Source: Tagaea sp.
GTDB lineage: Bacteria > Pseudomonadota > Alphaproteobacteria > CACIAM-22H2
Direction: 5' to 3'
Length of the DNA: 64,000 bases
NCBI GenBank assembly: GCA_965279525.1
Contig: CBDIIB010000004.1
Location: 288,001 to 352,000 of the forward strand
The translations under genes were made by a program, and so were the position numbers. Shown piece after piece: positions 1 through 8,435 of the stretch (position 1 is the first letter of the stretch; every line of letters begins with the position of its first letter). The notes under the pieces were generated by a model. It saw only the letters and a list, made by a program, of their open reading frames with translations, made no database searches and had not been told where the DNA came from.

Positions 1-36
1 TAGTGATCGCCATCCACCAAGGCAAGGAATTCTCCG

Positions 37-1428
37 ATGTCGCTCACCTCCGAACCGGCAATCAATCCGGATTCCGCCATCTGGCGAACGGTACCTCTCG
101 GTGCACTCGATTCACTTCGGGCGCGGCGGCTCGAGCGGTTTTTGTCGGAAAAGGCAACAGGCCCGCTCGCTATTGAAGCGGATGTCGACCTTTCCAAGTT
201 GCTTGCAGAGGAACTCTTTGCGCTTGCGGTGCGGGCGCACGACCGCCAGCTCGATGCAGACATCGTCGGAACTTTCCTCGCGCTGTCGGCCCGAAAAGGG
301 TCGATGTTGGCAAAATTCAAGCTGGCCCAGATTCTTGCCGAGTTGGTCGGCCATAGCGTCGGTGGTTCGCTGACGAATCCTGACGCGGGAAAGGCGCGCA
401 ATCTCGCCTTCGAAGTCTATCGCGAGCTTCGCACCCGTATTCATCTTGTCGATATCTTCGGGGATCTCGAGAAATATCGGCGCCAGTTCGAAGCGACGGG
501 TGACGCTGTTTCTGCCGCGATGGCTCTGGAGGAGATGCGCAAGCACGGTGCATCCGCTGGCAAGTGGAAGGTGATCGCACCACGCGCGAAGAGCCTCCGG
601 CATATCGAGAATGGTGATCAACTTCGTGCGGTTTGCTTGCCGATGCCGCTGTGGACTTCGCCGGTCTCACCGGAGGTGCTAGCCGTTACGTTGGAGCTCG
701 AGTTTCCGCATCTTCAATCTGCTGCCAGCGCCGTTGCCCAAGTGGTTGCTGGTGGTCGCGCTGCGGCTGATCGGCCATTGCTTCTCGTGGGCCCACCCGG
801 TGTAGGTAAGGACGCGCTTATCAGGCGCGCTGCCGAGCTCGTTGCGCGTCCGCATGCCGAATTCGACCTTGCCGGGTCAGCGGATAGCCGGCTGTTAAGA
901 GGCACGGCAAAAGGCTGGAGCACAGCTTCTCCCAGTTTCCCAGTTATGGTTTGCGTCGAGCACAAGTGCGCAAACCCGATCATCCAGTTCAGCGAGCTCG
1001 ATCGGTCTGGTGGAAATCGACGGAATGGACAGGTTGCCGAGACACTTCTGGGCTGGTGCGAGCCGACGACCAAGAAGGCCTGGATGGACGAGGGGTTGGG
1101 ATCGGCCGTCGATCTCAGCGAGGTGGCATTTCTGTTCACGAGCAATGGAACGGGTGACACGCCGGCGGCACTTCTTTCACGCATGCGCGTGCTGACTGTC
1201 GAGATGCCTGGTCCGGATCAGGTGCCTCAACTTCTGGCCCAGGCACTGAGACGTCGTGCTGCGGAGCTTGGTGTCCGTACAGACGATCTCCCTGAGGTCC
1301 AGCCCGAAGCGCTCGCGCGCCTCATGAAGCTGGCAAAAGCCCGGCAACTGAGCCTCCGGCTGTTGGATCGTGTCGCTCGCGCGCTGACCGGTCCGGGAAC
1401 CGGAACGGACGTCAAACTGATCAACTGA
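37..1428 (+). CDS. Lon-like AAA+ ATPase without protease domain, variant Walker motifs
   Basis: LLLVGPPGVGKD, LRGTAKGWS, ANPIIQFSELDR, VDLSEVAFLFTSN, ALLSRM match the Lon AAA module; AAGGA RBS upstream. Confidence 0.8.
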   Translation: MSLTSEPAINPDSAIWRTVPLGALDSLRARRLERFLSEKATGPLAIEADVDLSKLLAEELFALAVRAHDRQLDADIVGTFLALSARKGSMLAKFKLAQILAELVGHSVGGSLTNPDAGKARNLAFEVYRELRTRIHLVDIFGDLEKYRRQFEATGDAVSAAMALEEMRKHGASAGKWKVIAPRAKSLRHIENGDQLRAVCLPMPLWTSPVSPEVLAVTLELEFPHLQSAASAVAQVVAGGRAAADRPLLLVGPPGVGKDALIRRAAELVARPHAEFDLAGSADSRLLRGTAKGWSTASPSFPVMVCVEHKCANPIIQFSELDRSGGNRRNGQVAETLLGWCEPTTKKAWMDEGLGSAVDLSEVAFLFTSNGTGDTPAALLSRMRVLTVEMPGPDQVPQLLAQALRRRAAELGVRTDDLPEVQPEALARLMKLAKARQLSLRLLDRVARALTGPGTGTDVKLIN

Positions 1429-1440
1429 GGGAATAAGAAG

Positions 1441-1749
1441 ATGCTCGACGACCTTTGGACCAACTTGTTGGCCGCCAGCTTTTGGATGCCCATCCTTGGG
1501 CAGGTTGCTGGCGACGCGTCGGGGCGCCTGGCCGCTGCCGGTCTGCGCGCGGTTGCGGTCGGGATCGTGGCGGCGGCGCCTGCCCGGCGACGGCCAGAGA
1601 AGCGGGGAGTGCGTCGCCTCGTGCATGTCCTCGCCAGTTTTATCTTTCTGGACGAACGCTTACGGCCCAAGCGGTCACGGCGACAGCCGGCAAAGGGGCG
1701 TGTTGCCAAGAAACGCAGCAACACCAAGCGGTTCGCTCAAGGGAAATGA
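1441..1749 (+). CDS. Small basic hypothetical protein
   Basis: ATG 12 nt after the ATPase stop with GAGG/AAGAAG upstream; no recognisable motif. Confidence 0.35.
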   Translation: MLDDLWTNLLAASFWMPILGQVAGDASGRLAAAGLRAVAVGIVAAAPARRRPEKRGVRRLVHVLASFIFLDERLRPKRSRRQPAKGRVAKKRSNTKRFAQGK

Positions 1750-1770
1750 AAGGCGCCCATACTCGATAAT

Positions 1771-2169
1771 CTAACAGCTATTTGCCGCCGTTAGGTTATG
1801 CGTTATGAGAAAATCATCATGTAATGCATTGAATGATATATTGAATATCTCATCACATAACATTCTAACATTATAACAGACATGTATGTACGTATAGAGG
1901 ACTTGAATTTGTATTGCACATCTCCCGTCTGATGAGGGATCTGCGAACTCAATTTCGTCCCTCCTACTGTCTCTCTCTTCGCGTTATGTCCGTTAGATTG
2001 TTAGAATCTGGAAAATCAATTTTGTTTCAATTGTTTATGCCTAACGTAGTTCATAACGCTCGTCTTCCGAAGACGTTAGGTCATCGTGGCGCTCGCCTTC
2101 GCTCCAACGCCGCCGTCGGCCGGGAATCTTACTTCGTGCCACGTGGCGATCTTGCAAGGCGTTCGTTAG
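1771..2169. repeat. AT-rich non-coding region with ~14 GTTA(G/T) / (C/A)TAAC short repeats in inverted clusters (ori/att/centromere-like)
   Basis: Copies at 1771, 1790, 1795, 1802, 1857, 1865, 1873, 1983, 1992, 2000, 2041, 2053, 2075, 2165; IR CCTAACGT(2040)/ACGTTAGG(2073); hairpin CGTCTTC-C-GAAGACG 2061-2075. Confidence 0.6.
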
Positions 2170-2292
2170 AGCGTCGCCTCGCGCCGTCCGCCTCCGCGGA
2201 CATTTGGCCTTGTACTGCAGTCGGGTCGTCAAGTGCCTCGCGATCACGCTTACGCTGTTCTGACGACGACCGGCATTGGCAAGCGCCCGCCC

Positions 2293-3234
2293 CTAGGTGT
2301 CGTTTCCAAGAAGGTTGTTCAGCCTGGCGAGCGGCGGGTGTCCGAGGGCTGAGTGGACGCGAGTGGCGTTGTAGGCGTCGATCCAAGGGGCGATGGCGTT
2401 GGCGCGCTGTGCCGAGGATCGGTAGGGCCTGGCATAGGCCCATTCGCGCAAGCTGGTCTGGATGAACCGCTCGGCCTTGCCGTTGGTTCGCGGCGTATAG
2501 GGCCTCGTCCGGACGTGCTTGATCTCGCGCACGGCGCAGGTCTGGGCGAACAGGCCGGAGCGATAGGCGCTGCCGTTGTCGGTCATGACGCGCTCGACGC
2601 GCACGCCCAGGCGGGCGAACCAGCCCAGTGCCCGCTCGAGGAACGCGATGGCGTCTTCCCGCCCGTCGCTGGCGCGCAGCTCCGTGTAGGCCAGCCGCGA
2701 GGCGTCGTCGATCGCGACGTGCAGATGCTCCCAGCCGACGCTGCGCGCCCGATGATGGCCGGCGTACTGGCCCGTCACCCGATGGCCGATCCCGTCGATG
2801 CGCCCGAGCTTCTTGGTATCGATGTGGATCATCTCGCCGGGCCGCTCGCGCTGGTAGCGCACGACCGGTGGCCGCGGCTCCAGCGCCTTGAGCTTGCCCA
2901 GCCCCATCCGGCGCAGGGCCAGGCCGACCGTCGAGCGGGGCAGGTCCAGCATCGCGGCGATCTGCGGACCTGTCCGGCGCTTGCGGCGCAAGGCCTCGAT
3001 CCGGTCGATCAACCGCGCCGGCAGCCCGTGCGGCCGGCGGTGCGGGCGCGAGCTGCGGTCCGACAGGCCCGCTTCGCCCGCCGACCGGTAGCGCCCCAGC
3101 CAGCGATGCGCCGTTCGCGCCGATATCCCGAAGGCCTGGGCCGCCGCGCGCACCGTGGCACCTTCCTTCATGATCCGGCTCACCAAAAGGGATCGACCGC
3201 GCGGCGTAAGCCGCGCATTCTTGTGCACGTTCAT
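2293..3234 (-). CDS. IS481-family DDE transposase
   Basis: MNVHKNARLTP start, HIDTKKLGRI, VAIDDASR, VMTDNGSAY, RPYTPRTNGKAERFIQT; stop TAG supplied by the CTAG target site. Confidence 0.95.
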   Translation of the reverse strand: MNVHKNARLTPRGRSLLVSRIMKEGATVRAAAQAFGISARTAHRWLGRYRSAGEAGLSDRSSRPHRRPHGLPARLIDRIEALRRKRRTGPQIAAMLDLPRSTVGLALRRMGLGKLKALEPRPPVVRYQRERPGEMIHIDTKKLGRIDGIGHRVTGQYAGHHRARSVGWEHLHVAIDDASRLAYTELRASDGREDAIAFLERALGWFARLGVRVERVMTDNGSAYRSGLFAQTCAVREIKHVRTRPYTPRTNGKAERFIQTSLREWAYARPYRSSAQRANAIAPWIDAYNATRVHSALGHPPLARLNNLLGNDT

Positions 3235-3323
3235 CCGAGGCTTCTCCGGGTTCCGAACTGGTTGGTCTCGCAACCCCAGCTTCTCAACCCTGCCTCGGGT
3301 GAACAACCTTCATAGCTTCGACA
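2298..3323 (-). mobile_element. IS481-family insertion sequence, 1026 bp
   Basis: TGT...ACA ends, 24-bp imperfect IRs (TGTCGtttCcAaGAAGGTTGTTCA / TGTCGaagCtAtGAAGGTTGTTCA), flanked by CCTAGG and GCTAGG (NCTAGN target). Confidence 0.95.
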
Positions 3324-3374
3324 GCTAGGTCGGTTAGTGAAAAATACTCACCGGATGTCGCTCACGTCGCCACC

Positions 3375-3399
3375 CACATTCTTTCATTGAAAGAATGTG
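3375..3399. repeat. Perfect 25-bp palindrome CACATTCTTTCA-T-TGAAAGAATGTG
   Basis: 12-bp arms, 1-nt spacer; half-site GAAAGAATGTG recurs at 3579-3589. Confidence 0.85.
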
Positions 3400-3805
3400 A
3401 ATACGGGTCGAGACCGAGGGCGTAATTTCCAGCGCGAAATTCGTATCGAACGGCCTGGGCACTGCTTCAACGGGGCGGGATTCTAGTTCAATTCATGCAG
3501 CTCTGAGCACATACATTCGAGCATTCATCTGGGTGAAAACTAGGAACACTCTTAGATAGCAATTTCCTTCTTAAATTAGAAAGAATGTGGCCCTTCAACC
3601 CGGAAAAATCGATCGAGGTCGCTCCAAATGGAGAAGGGAGCAGCAGAACGGGCATGAGGAAATGGAAGGTCGTGCCGACGTGAGAGGGGCTCAGGAGGAG
3701 AGATGGCTGTCATAGGCAACCAACCTCACGATTCGCCAAATCGACCCAGGCCCCCCGTATCCCGGCGAATAGCATGTAGGCCCGACAAAGAGTCACCAAT
3801 GGCAA

Positions 3806-4852
3806 TCAATGCGAATGTCGATGGTGGCCGTCCGGCATATGCGGATGCGAATGGCGGAGGGGCGAGTGCTGATGCCAATGGCTGTGCGTGTGCGTCGGAT
3901 CGACCGGCTCGTCATGGGTATGGTGGTGGTGGTCGTCATGGGTGTGACGATGGTCGTGCTGCAGATCCCCGTGCACATGGTCGTGCTCGTGCCGTTCGCT
4001 CAGATGCAGCCAGACACCGATGGCCATAAGCGCTCCCGCTGCGGTCAACTGGACCGATACTATTTCGCCAAGCAAAGGGACCGAAGCGGCGGCGCCGATG
4101 AATGGTGCGACCGAAAAATAGGCACCTGTCCGAGCCGTTCCGAGATGGCGTAGGGCAAGCACGAACAGGACAAGGCTTACGCCATATCCAAGGAACCCGG
4201 TAATAGACCCCAGCAAGACGACCGAGGGCGCCGGCAGGATGCCGCCAGTAAGATGCCCGATAACTAGGTTGGCAGGCCCTGCCACCAGTCCCTTGATCAT
4301 CGCGATCTGCACGGGATCGGATAGTGAGACCTTGCGGGTAAAGTTATTGTCGAGTGCCCAAGCTAGGCAGGCACCAACGATTGCCGCAGGTCCGAGAAGG
4401 TCACCGAACGCAGCTTCCGGCTGCCAGCTAAGGACAATAGCCCCGGCAACGATGCTCAGCATCCCGATTGCGATACGCCGGTCGAAATTCTCTCTGAACA
4501 CGAACCAGGCGAGTAGGGCGGTAAGTACGCCTTCGAGGGTCAAAAGCAGCGAAGCTGTGGCGGCCCCCGTACGGGTCAGGCCGGCCAATAGCAGAACTGG
4601 ACCTGCAACGCCGCCCGAAACCACGGAGGCGGCCAGCCAAGGCAGTTCGCGTCTCGATAGCTTGGCCTCAGCCAACCCACGGAATCCACGACCTGCGAGG
4701 TGAACGAGCAGCAGGCCGAAGCCCGCCCCACTGTATAGAACGCCGGCCAGCGTCCACGCATCAGACGAGCCCAGAAGTATCTTTGCTATAGGCGCCGAGA
4801 TACCGAACAGGACCGCCGAGCCGATTGCCAAGATGGCGCCTGTCGCGATCAT
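3806..4852 (-). CDS. DMT/EamA-family transporter with His-rich C-terminal tail
   Basis: ~10 hydrophobic segments, WALDNNFTRKVS, LRHLGTARTGAYFS, tail HEHDHVH...HHRHSH; real start MIATG inside the long ORF-track ORF. Confidence 0.9.
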   Translation of the reverse strand: MIATGAILAIGSAVLFGISAPIAKILLGSSDAWTLAGVLYSGAGFGLLLVHLAGRGFRGLAEAKLSRRELPWLAASVVSGGVAGPVLLLAGLTRTGAATASLLLTLEGVLTALLAWFVFRENFDRRIAIGMLSIVAGAIVLSWQPEAAFGDLLGPAAIVGACLAWALDNNFTRKVSLSDPVQIAMIKGLVAGPANLVIGHLTGGILPAPSVVLLGSITGFLGYGVSLVLFVLALRHLGTARTGAYFSVAPFIGAAASVPLLGEIVSVQLTAAGALMAIGVWLHLSERHEHDHVHGDLQHDHRHTHDDHHHHTHDEPVDPTHTHSHWHQHSPLRHSHPHMPDGHHRHSH

Positions 4853-5020
4853 CACATGCTCCGAAAGACATCCGTCGTGCAGGTGGAGAAAGGCTGGTAC
4901 GTGGCGATCGTTATCGTGGCGAGAAGGCGCGGGATTGGCGTCAGGCCACGTTCCGGAACCGTAGTCCATATTCGTTGTCGTGGAGGCCGCATTACGCGTC
5001 CTCCCGCAATGGAGGGTACG

Positions 5021-6175
5021 ATGTCTAACGAAAAACTCAAAAATCCCAATGGCTTGCCGAAGGGCGATGCCGGGAAGGAATCTCAGGCTGCGGCATTCCC
5101 GGCGCCTGTTTTCGCGGGTGCGGACGTCTCTATCCGGAACCTGATCGCCCGGGCGAATGAAGTCGCAAATCGCCTGAAACGGAAAGACGAACCCGCTAAC
5201 GCCTGTAGTGCCGCGACGTTGCAGGCGTACAAAAAGATCGCCATCGCCGTGGCAAAGGGCGGGTTCGGCGCATTCGAAAAGTTCGCGGCAAAGTCGACCT
5301 ATAACAAGGCGTGCGCCGCGATACGCGCCTATGGTCCTGGCCTTCTGAGCAATCTTGCAGATACCGCGCTCAAGCGCCTGAACTCGAAGCAGCCGGTTCC
5401 GAAGGAATTCATCGGGGCGATGGAGAACCTCGTCGATATCCTGAACGCGGTCAACGGGTACGCCTTCGGTGAAGATCGTACGCTGCTCACGGCACGTGAA
5501 CTGAAGCCGCGCAAGTCGAAGCTGAAGGTTCTGCGGGAGCTTCCCGTTGACTGGGCACATCTGGTCCTCGATTACGCGCAAACGATGATGCCGAAGAACG
5601 TGGTGCTTCATCTCACGATCGCCATGGCGATGAACTCCGGTGCGAGGCCGGCAGAATTGGCAAGGGGCATCCTGATCAGCCGATATGGCGTGGAACTCAA
5701 GCTGACGATCGCTGGCGGAGTGAAGGCCCGAGCCGCAGGCGATCGCGGACTTGGCGAGAGGTGGATCAGGTTCAGCGTGGATACTCCATCGCGCAAGCTG
5801 CTCGATGCCGCTCTCGGCGACAAGGACAAGGTGATGCTGCAAGGTATGAAAGCCTTGGACTTCTGCCATGCGATGATCCGCATCGGGCGGCAGTTGTTCC
5901 CGGAACTGAAAGAGACTGTCTCGCCCTATGCGTTCCGCCACCGGTTTGCTTCCGAGATGAAGGCGGCTGGTGCCTCTTGGGCCGATATCGCTACGGCGCT
6001 GGGTCACAGCACCGACAAGTGCAGCAAGACCTATGGCAGGGCTCGCGGCAAGACGGACGGCTCGATGAACCCAACGGCCGTCGGTGCGGCGAAAGAACCC
6101 GCGGCGAAGCGCAAACCTGCAGGACCGACGCAGTCGATGGGTATTTCCATGGACGGCCCAGGCATGGGGGACTGA
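5021..6175 (+). CDS. Tyrosine recombinase/integrase-family protein (atypical, YxxRH box II)
   Basis: GGAGG RBS; SGARPAEL (R), GVK (K), SPYAFRH, ALGHSTDKCSKTYG (H, Y). Confidence 0.85.
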   Translation: MSNEKLKNPNGLPKGDAGKESQAAAFPAPVFAGADVSIRNLIARANEVANRLKRKDEPANACSAATLQAYKKIAIAVAKGGFGAFEKFAAKSTYNKACAAIRAYGPGLLSNLADTALKRLNSKQPVPKEFIGAMENLVDILNAVNGYAFGEDRTLLTARELKPRKSKLKVLRELPVDWAHLVLDYAQTMMPKNVVLHLTIAMAMNSGARPAELARGILISRYGVELKLTIAGGVKARAAGDRGLGERWIRFSVDTPSRKLLDAALGDKDKVMLQGMKALDFCHAMIRIGRQLFPELKETVSPYAFRHRFASEMKAAGASWADIATALGHSTDKCSKTYGRARGKTDGSMNPTAVGAAKEPAAKRKPAGPTQSMGISMDGPGMGD

Positions 6176-6209
6176 CGCCAGCATCACCATCGATTGTTTC
6201 CTTTCGAAC

Positions 6210-6354
6210 CGGCCAGCCGCTACAGCAACGGCTGGCCGCATTCGTCTAGGACCATCGAGAAGTACGGCTACCGCGTGCGAGTTCAGCGTGCCTTGCGCTC
6301 TGCGACGAGACAATCAGGACAATTCTCCAATTGCGGAGCGACCAGCGCTCCGCA
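6210..6354. other. Two perfect GC-rich hairpins downstream of the recombinase
   Basis: CGGCCAGCCG(6210)/CGGCTGGCCG(6229), 10-bp stem; TGCGGAGCG(6332)/CGCTCCGCA(6346), 9-bp stem; no U-tracts. Confidence 0.55.
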
Positions 6355-6419
6355 TAAATCGTCGGTCATCGTCGATGCTCGCGCTTGGCGAATTTCAATG
6401 ATGACGAATGGAGCCCCGA

Positions 6420-7160
6420 ATGACACTTCGCCTTGGAGTGAACGTCGACCACGTCGCGACGATTCGAAATGCCCGTGGCGGCATCCATCCCGATCCCGTC
6501 GCGGCTGCCCGGATGGCAGTTGCTGCTGGCGCTGATGGAATCACGGCCCATCTGCGTGAAGATCGACGGCATATCCGCGACGACGACATGCGGCGGATCA
6601 AGGCCGAGATACATGCACCACTGAACTTCGAGATGGCTACAACGGACGAGATGCTCACCATCGCGCTTGCCATCAAGCCGCACGCTTGCTGCCTGGTGCC
6701 AGAGAAGCGCACTGAAGTGACCACCGAAGGCGGCCTGAATGTTGCCGACAACGTCGATGAACTTCGACCGTTCATCCGCAAGCTGTCTGATGCCGGCATC
6801 CGGGTATCCCTGTTTATCGATCCGGATCCTCTTCAGGTCGACGCGGCGAAAGCTGTTGGCGCACATATCGTGGAACTGCACACGGGATCCTACGCCCATG
6901 AGACTGGAGCCGGCCGGTCAAGCGAACTCCGGCGCCTGGTCAAATCGGCTGCCTGTGCTGCGGACCTCGGCATCGAATGCCATGCGGGGCACGGCCTCGA
7001 TTTCGACAACGTTGCCGATGTCGCCGCGATACCGCAGCTCGTCGAGCTCAATATCGGCCACTTCCTTGTCGGCGAGGCGGTTTTCGGCGGTCTTCCAGGT
7101 GCCGTCCGCACAATGCGACGCTTGATGGATCTGGCGCGACGTCTCGACAGCCAGCAATGA
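6420..7160 (+). CDS. pdxJ: Pyridoxine 5'-phosphate synthase
   Basis: [54 protein letters not shown] all intact. Confidence 0.97.
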   Translation: MTLRLGVNVDHVATIRNARGGIHPDPVAAARMAVAAGADGITAHLREDRRHIRDDDMRRIKAEIHAPLNFEMATTDEMLTIALAIKPHACCLVPEKRTEVTTEGGLNVADNVDELRPFIRKLSDAGIRVSLFIDPDPLQVDAAKAVGAHIVELHTGSYAHETGAGRSSELRRLVKSAACAADLGIECHAGHGLDFDNVADVAAIPQLVELNIGHFLVGEAVFGGLPGAVRTMRRLMDLARRLDSQQ

Positions 7161-7212
7161 GTGCTGAATTCTTCTTATGTGACGATGCCTTTCCGAACCT
7201 GGCCGCCGACAC

Positions 7213-7809
7213 TCAGTTATGCGTGTGGGCGAACTCGCCCTTGGCCATCGCAAGATGATGCGGCTGGTGGTGCGCGCCACTGACCATAAGCCCAATGAAG
7301 CCCAGACCACGGATTCGAATTACTAGAGCAGGATCGACGGCCGTTACGGTCAGGCGGACGCCATCGGGAAGCTTCTCGGCCTTCGCCCGCCAGCCGTTCA
7401 TCTTGTCGAGCTCGGCTGTGTGCGCAGGCACCATTCGCTTGATGGCATCGACAGCGCGGCCGGCGCCGGTGACGGTTACCGAAATCCCGCCTTCGACCGG
7501 TGCCGTCTTCGCGTCTGACTTCAGCGTGACATCGTTCATGTCAATCAGATGCTGGCGCAGCGCTTCCAGATCAACTTTCGACCAGTCCGTCTTCGGGTCC
7601 GATTCGAGAATACGCACGATCTCCTGAATCGTACCGAAGGCGTCTTGTCCAGACATCGTCGGTGTCGCCAAGTCGAATGCGCCGGATGACACCCTGCCAT
7701 GCTGCATATGCTGCGACATGCTGTCGGGCATTTGAGTGTACGCGGCGTGGAGCGTAATCGCCGTGGCTGGAATCGCCAGCAAGGTGGCCGCAGTCAAGTA
7801 TCTCTTCAT
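7213..7809 (-). CDS. Exported His/Met-containing hypothetical protein of metal clusters
   Basis: Signal peptide MKRYLTAATLLA, GQDAFGTIQEIV, LRQHLIDM, GAHHQPHHLAMAKG; GGAG RBS. Confidence 0.8.
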   Translation of the reverse strand: MKRYLTAATLLAIPATAITLHAAYTQMPDSMSQHMQHGRVSSGAFDLATPTMSGQDAFGTIQEIVRILESDPKTDWSKVDLEALRQHLIDMNDVTLKSDAKTAPVEGGISVTVTGAGRAVDAIKRMVPAHTAELDKMNGWRAKAEKLPDGVRLTVTAVDPALVIRIRGLGFIGLMVSGAHHQPHHLAMAKGEFAHTHN

Positions 7810-7865
7810 GAATTTCTCCATCTGGAATGTTGTCGCCAGATCCTTGCCAGAATGGCACTGATCAC

Positions 7866-7885
7866 GACATGATAGAGATCATGTC
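7866..7885. promoter_or_regulatory. Crp/Fnr-type operator GACATGAT-AGAG-ATCATGTC
   Basis: Perfect 8-bp IR with the TGAT-N4-ATCA core, overlapping the start of the Crp/Fnr gene. Confidence 0.7.
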
Positions 7886-8417
7886 AAAGGCTCTGCTCGA
7901 ACTTCTTCGCCCGCTGCCTGCACGTTCGGGCGCATTTGCAACCGGAAAGTACCTCTTTCGCCAAGGGGATGCCGTTCGGGCGCTACATCATGTCCTGGAA
8001 GGTGAGGTGCATCTTGTTCGCCTCCAATCGGGCGGCGAGCACCTCATTCTCCAGCGAGCACGTTCCGATGCCATCCTTGCCGAGGCGTCACTGTTTTCCG
8101 ACCGCTATCACTGCGATGCCGTCGCCGTAATGCCGACACGCACACTGGCAATTAGTAAACCCGCAATGCGTGATGCCCTCAATGGGAGTCCCACGCTGGC
8201 GGCCAATTGGGCGGCATATCTCGCGCACGAAGTTCAGAAGGCCCGCCTGCGCGCGGAAATTCTGTCGCTACGCACCGTCGCCGATCGTCTCGACGCGTGG
8301 ATCGCGGCGAACGACGGACGCCTTCCAATCAAGGGCGAATGGAAGACGGTGGCGGCCGAAATTGGAACGAGCCCGGAGGCACTCTATCGGGAGCGCGCAA
8401 GACGTCGACATCAATGA
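7869..8417 (+). CDS. Short Crp/Fnr-family regulator
   Basis: LFRQGD, LILQRA..ILAEASLF..YHCDAVA (cNMP-like fold), C-terminal HTH WKTVAAEIGTSPEALYRE; start 7869 or 7881. Confidence 0.85.
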   Translation: MIEIMSKALLELLRPLPARSGAFATGKYLFRQGDAVRALHHVLEGEVHLVRLQSGGEHLILQRARSDAILAEASLFSDRYHCDAVAVMPTRTLAISKPAMRDALNGSPTLAANWAAYLAHEVQKARLRAEILSLRTVADRLDAWIAANDGRLPIKGEWKTVAAEIGTSPEALYRERARRRHQ

Positions 8418-8435
8418 ATTTGCAGTGACGCTCGC

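Noticed and set aside
1914-2465. ORF interrupted by the IS
   Set aside because: TTG start, no RBS, non-coding-like composition, and stops immediately after the right IS end
1771-3600. CRISPR array or ncRNA
   Set aside because: Repeats are 5-7 bp and irregular with no 25-45 bp repeat-spacer period, no cas genes, and no RNA family recognised
3806-6313. 835-aa ORF suggesting a large DMT fusion
   Set aside because: The N-terminal ~490 aa are the antisense shadow of the recombinase; the transporter starts near 4852
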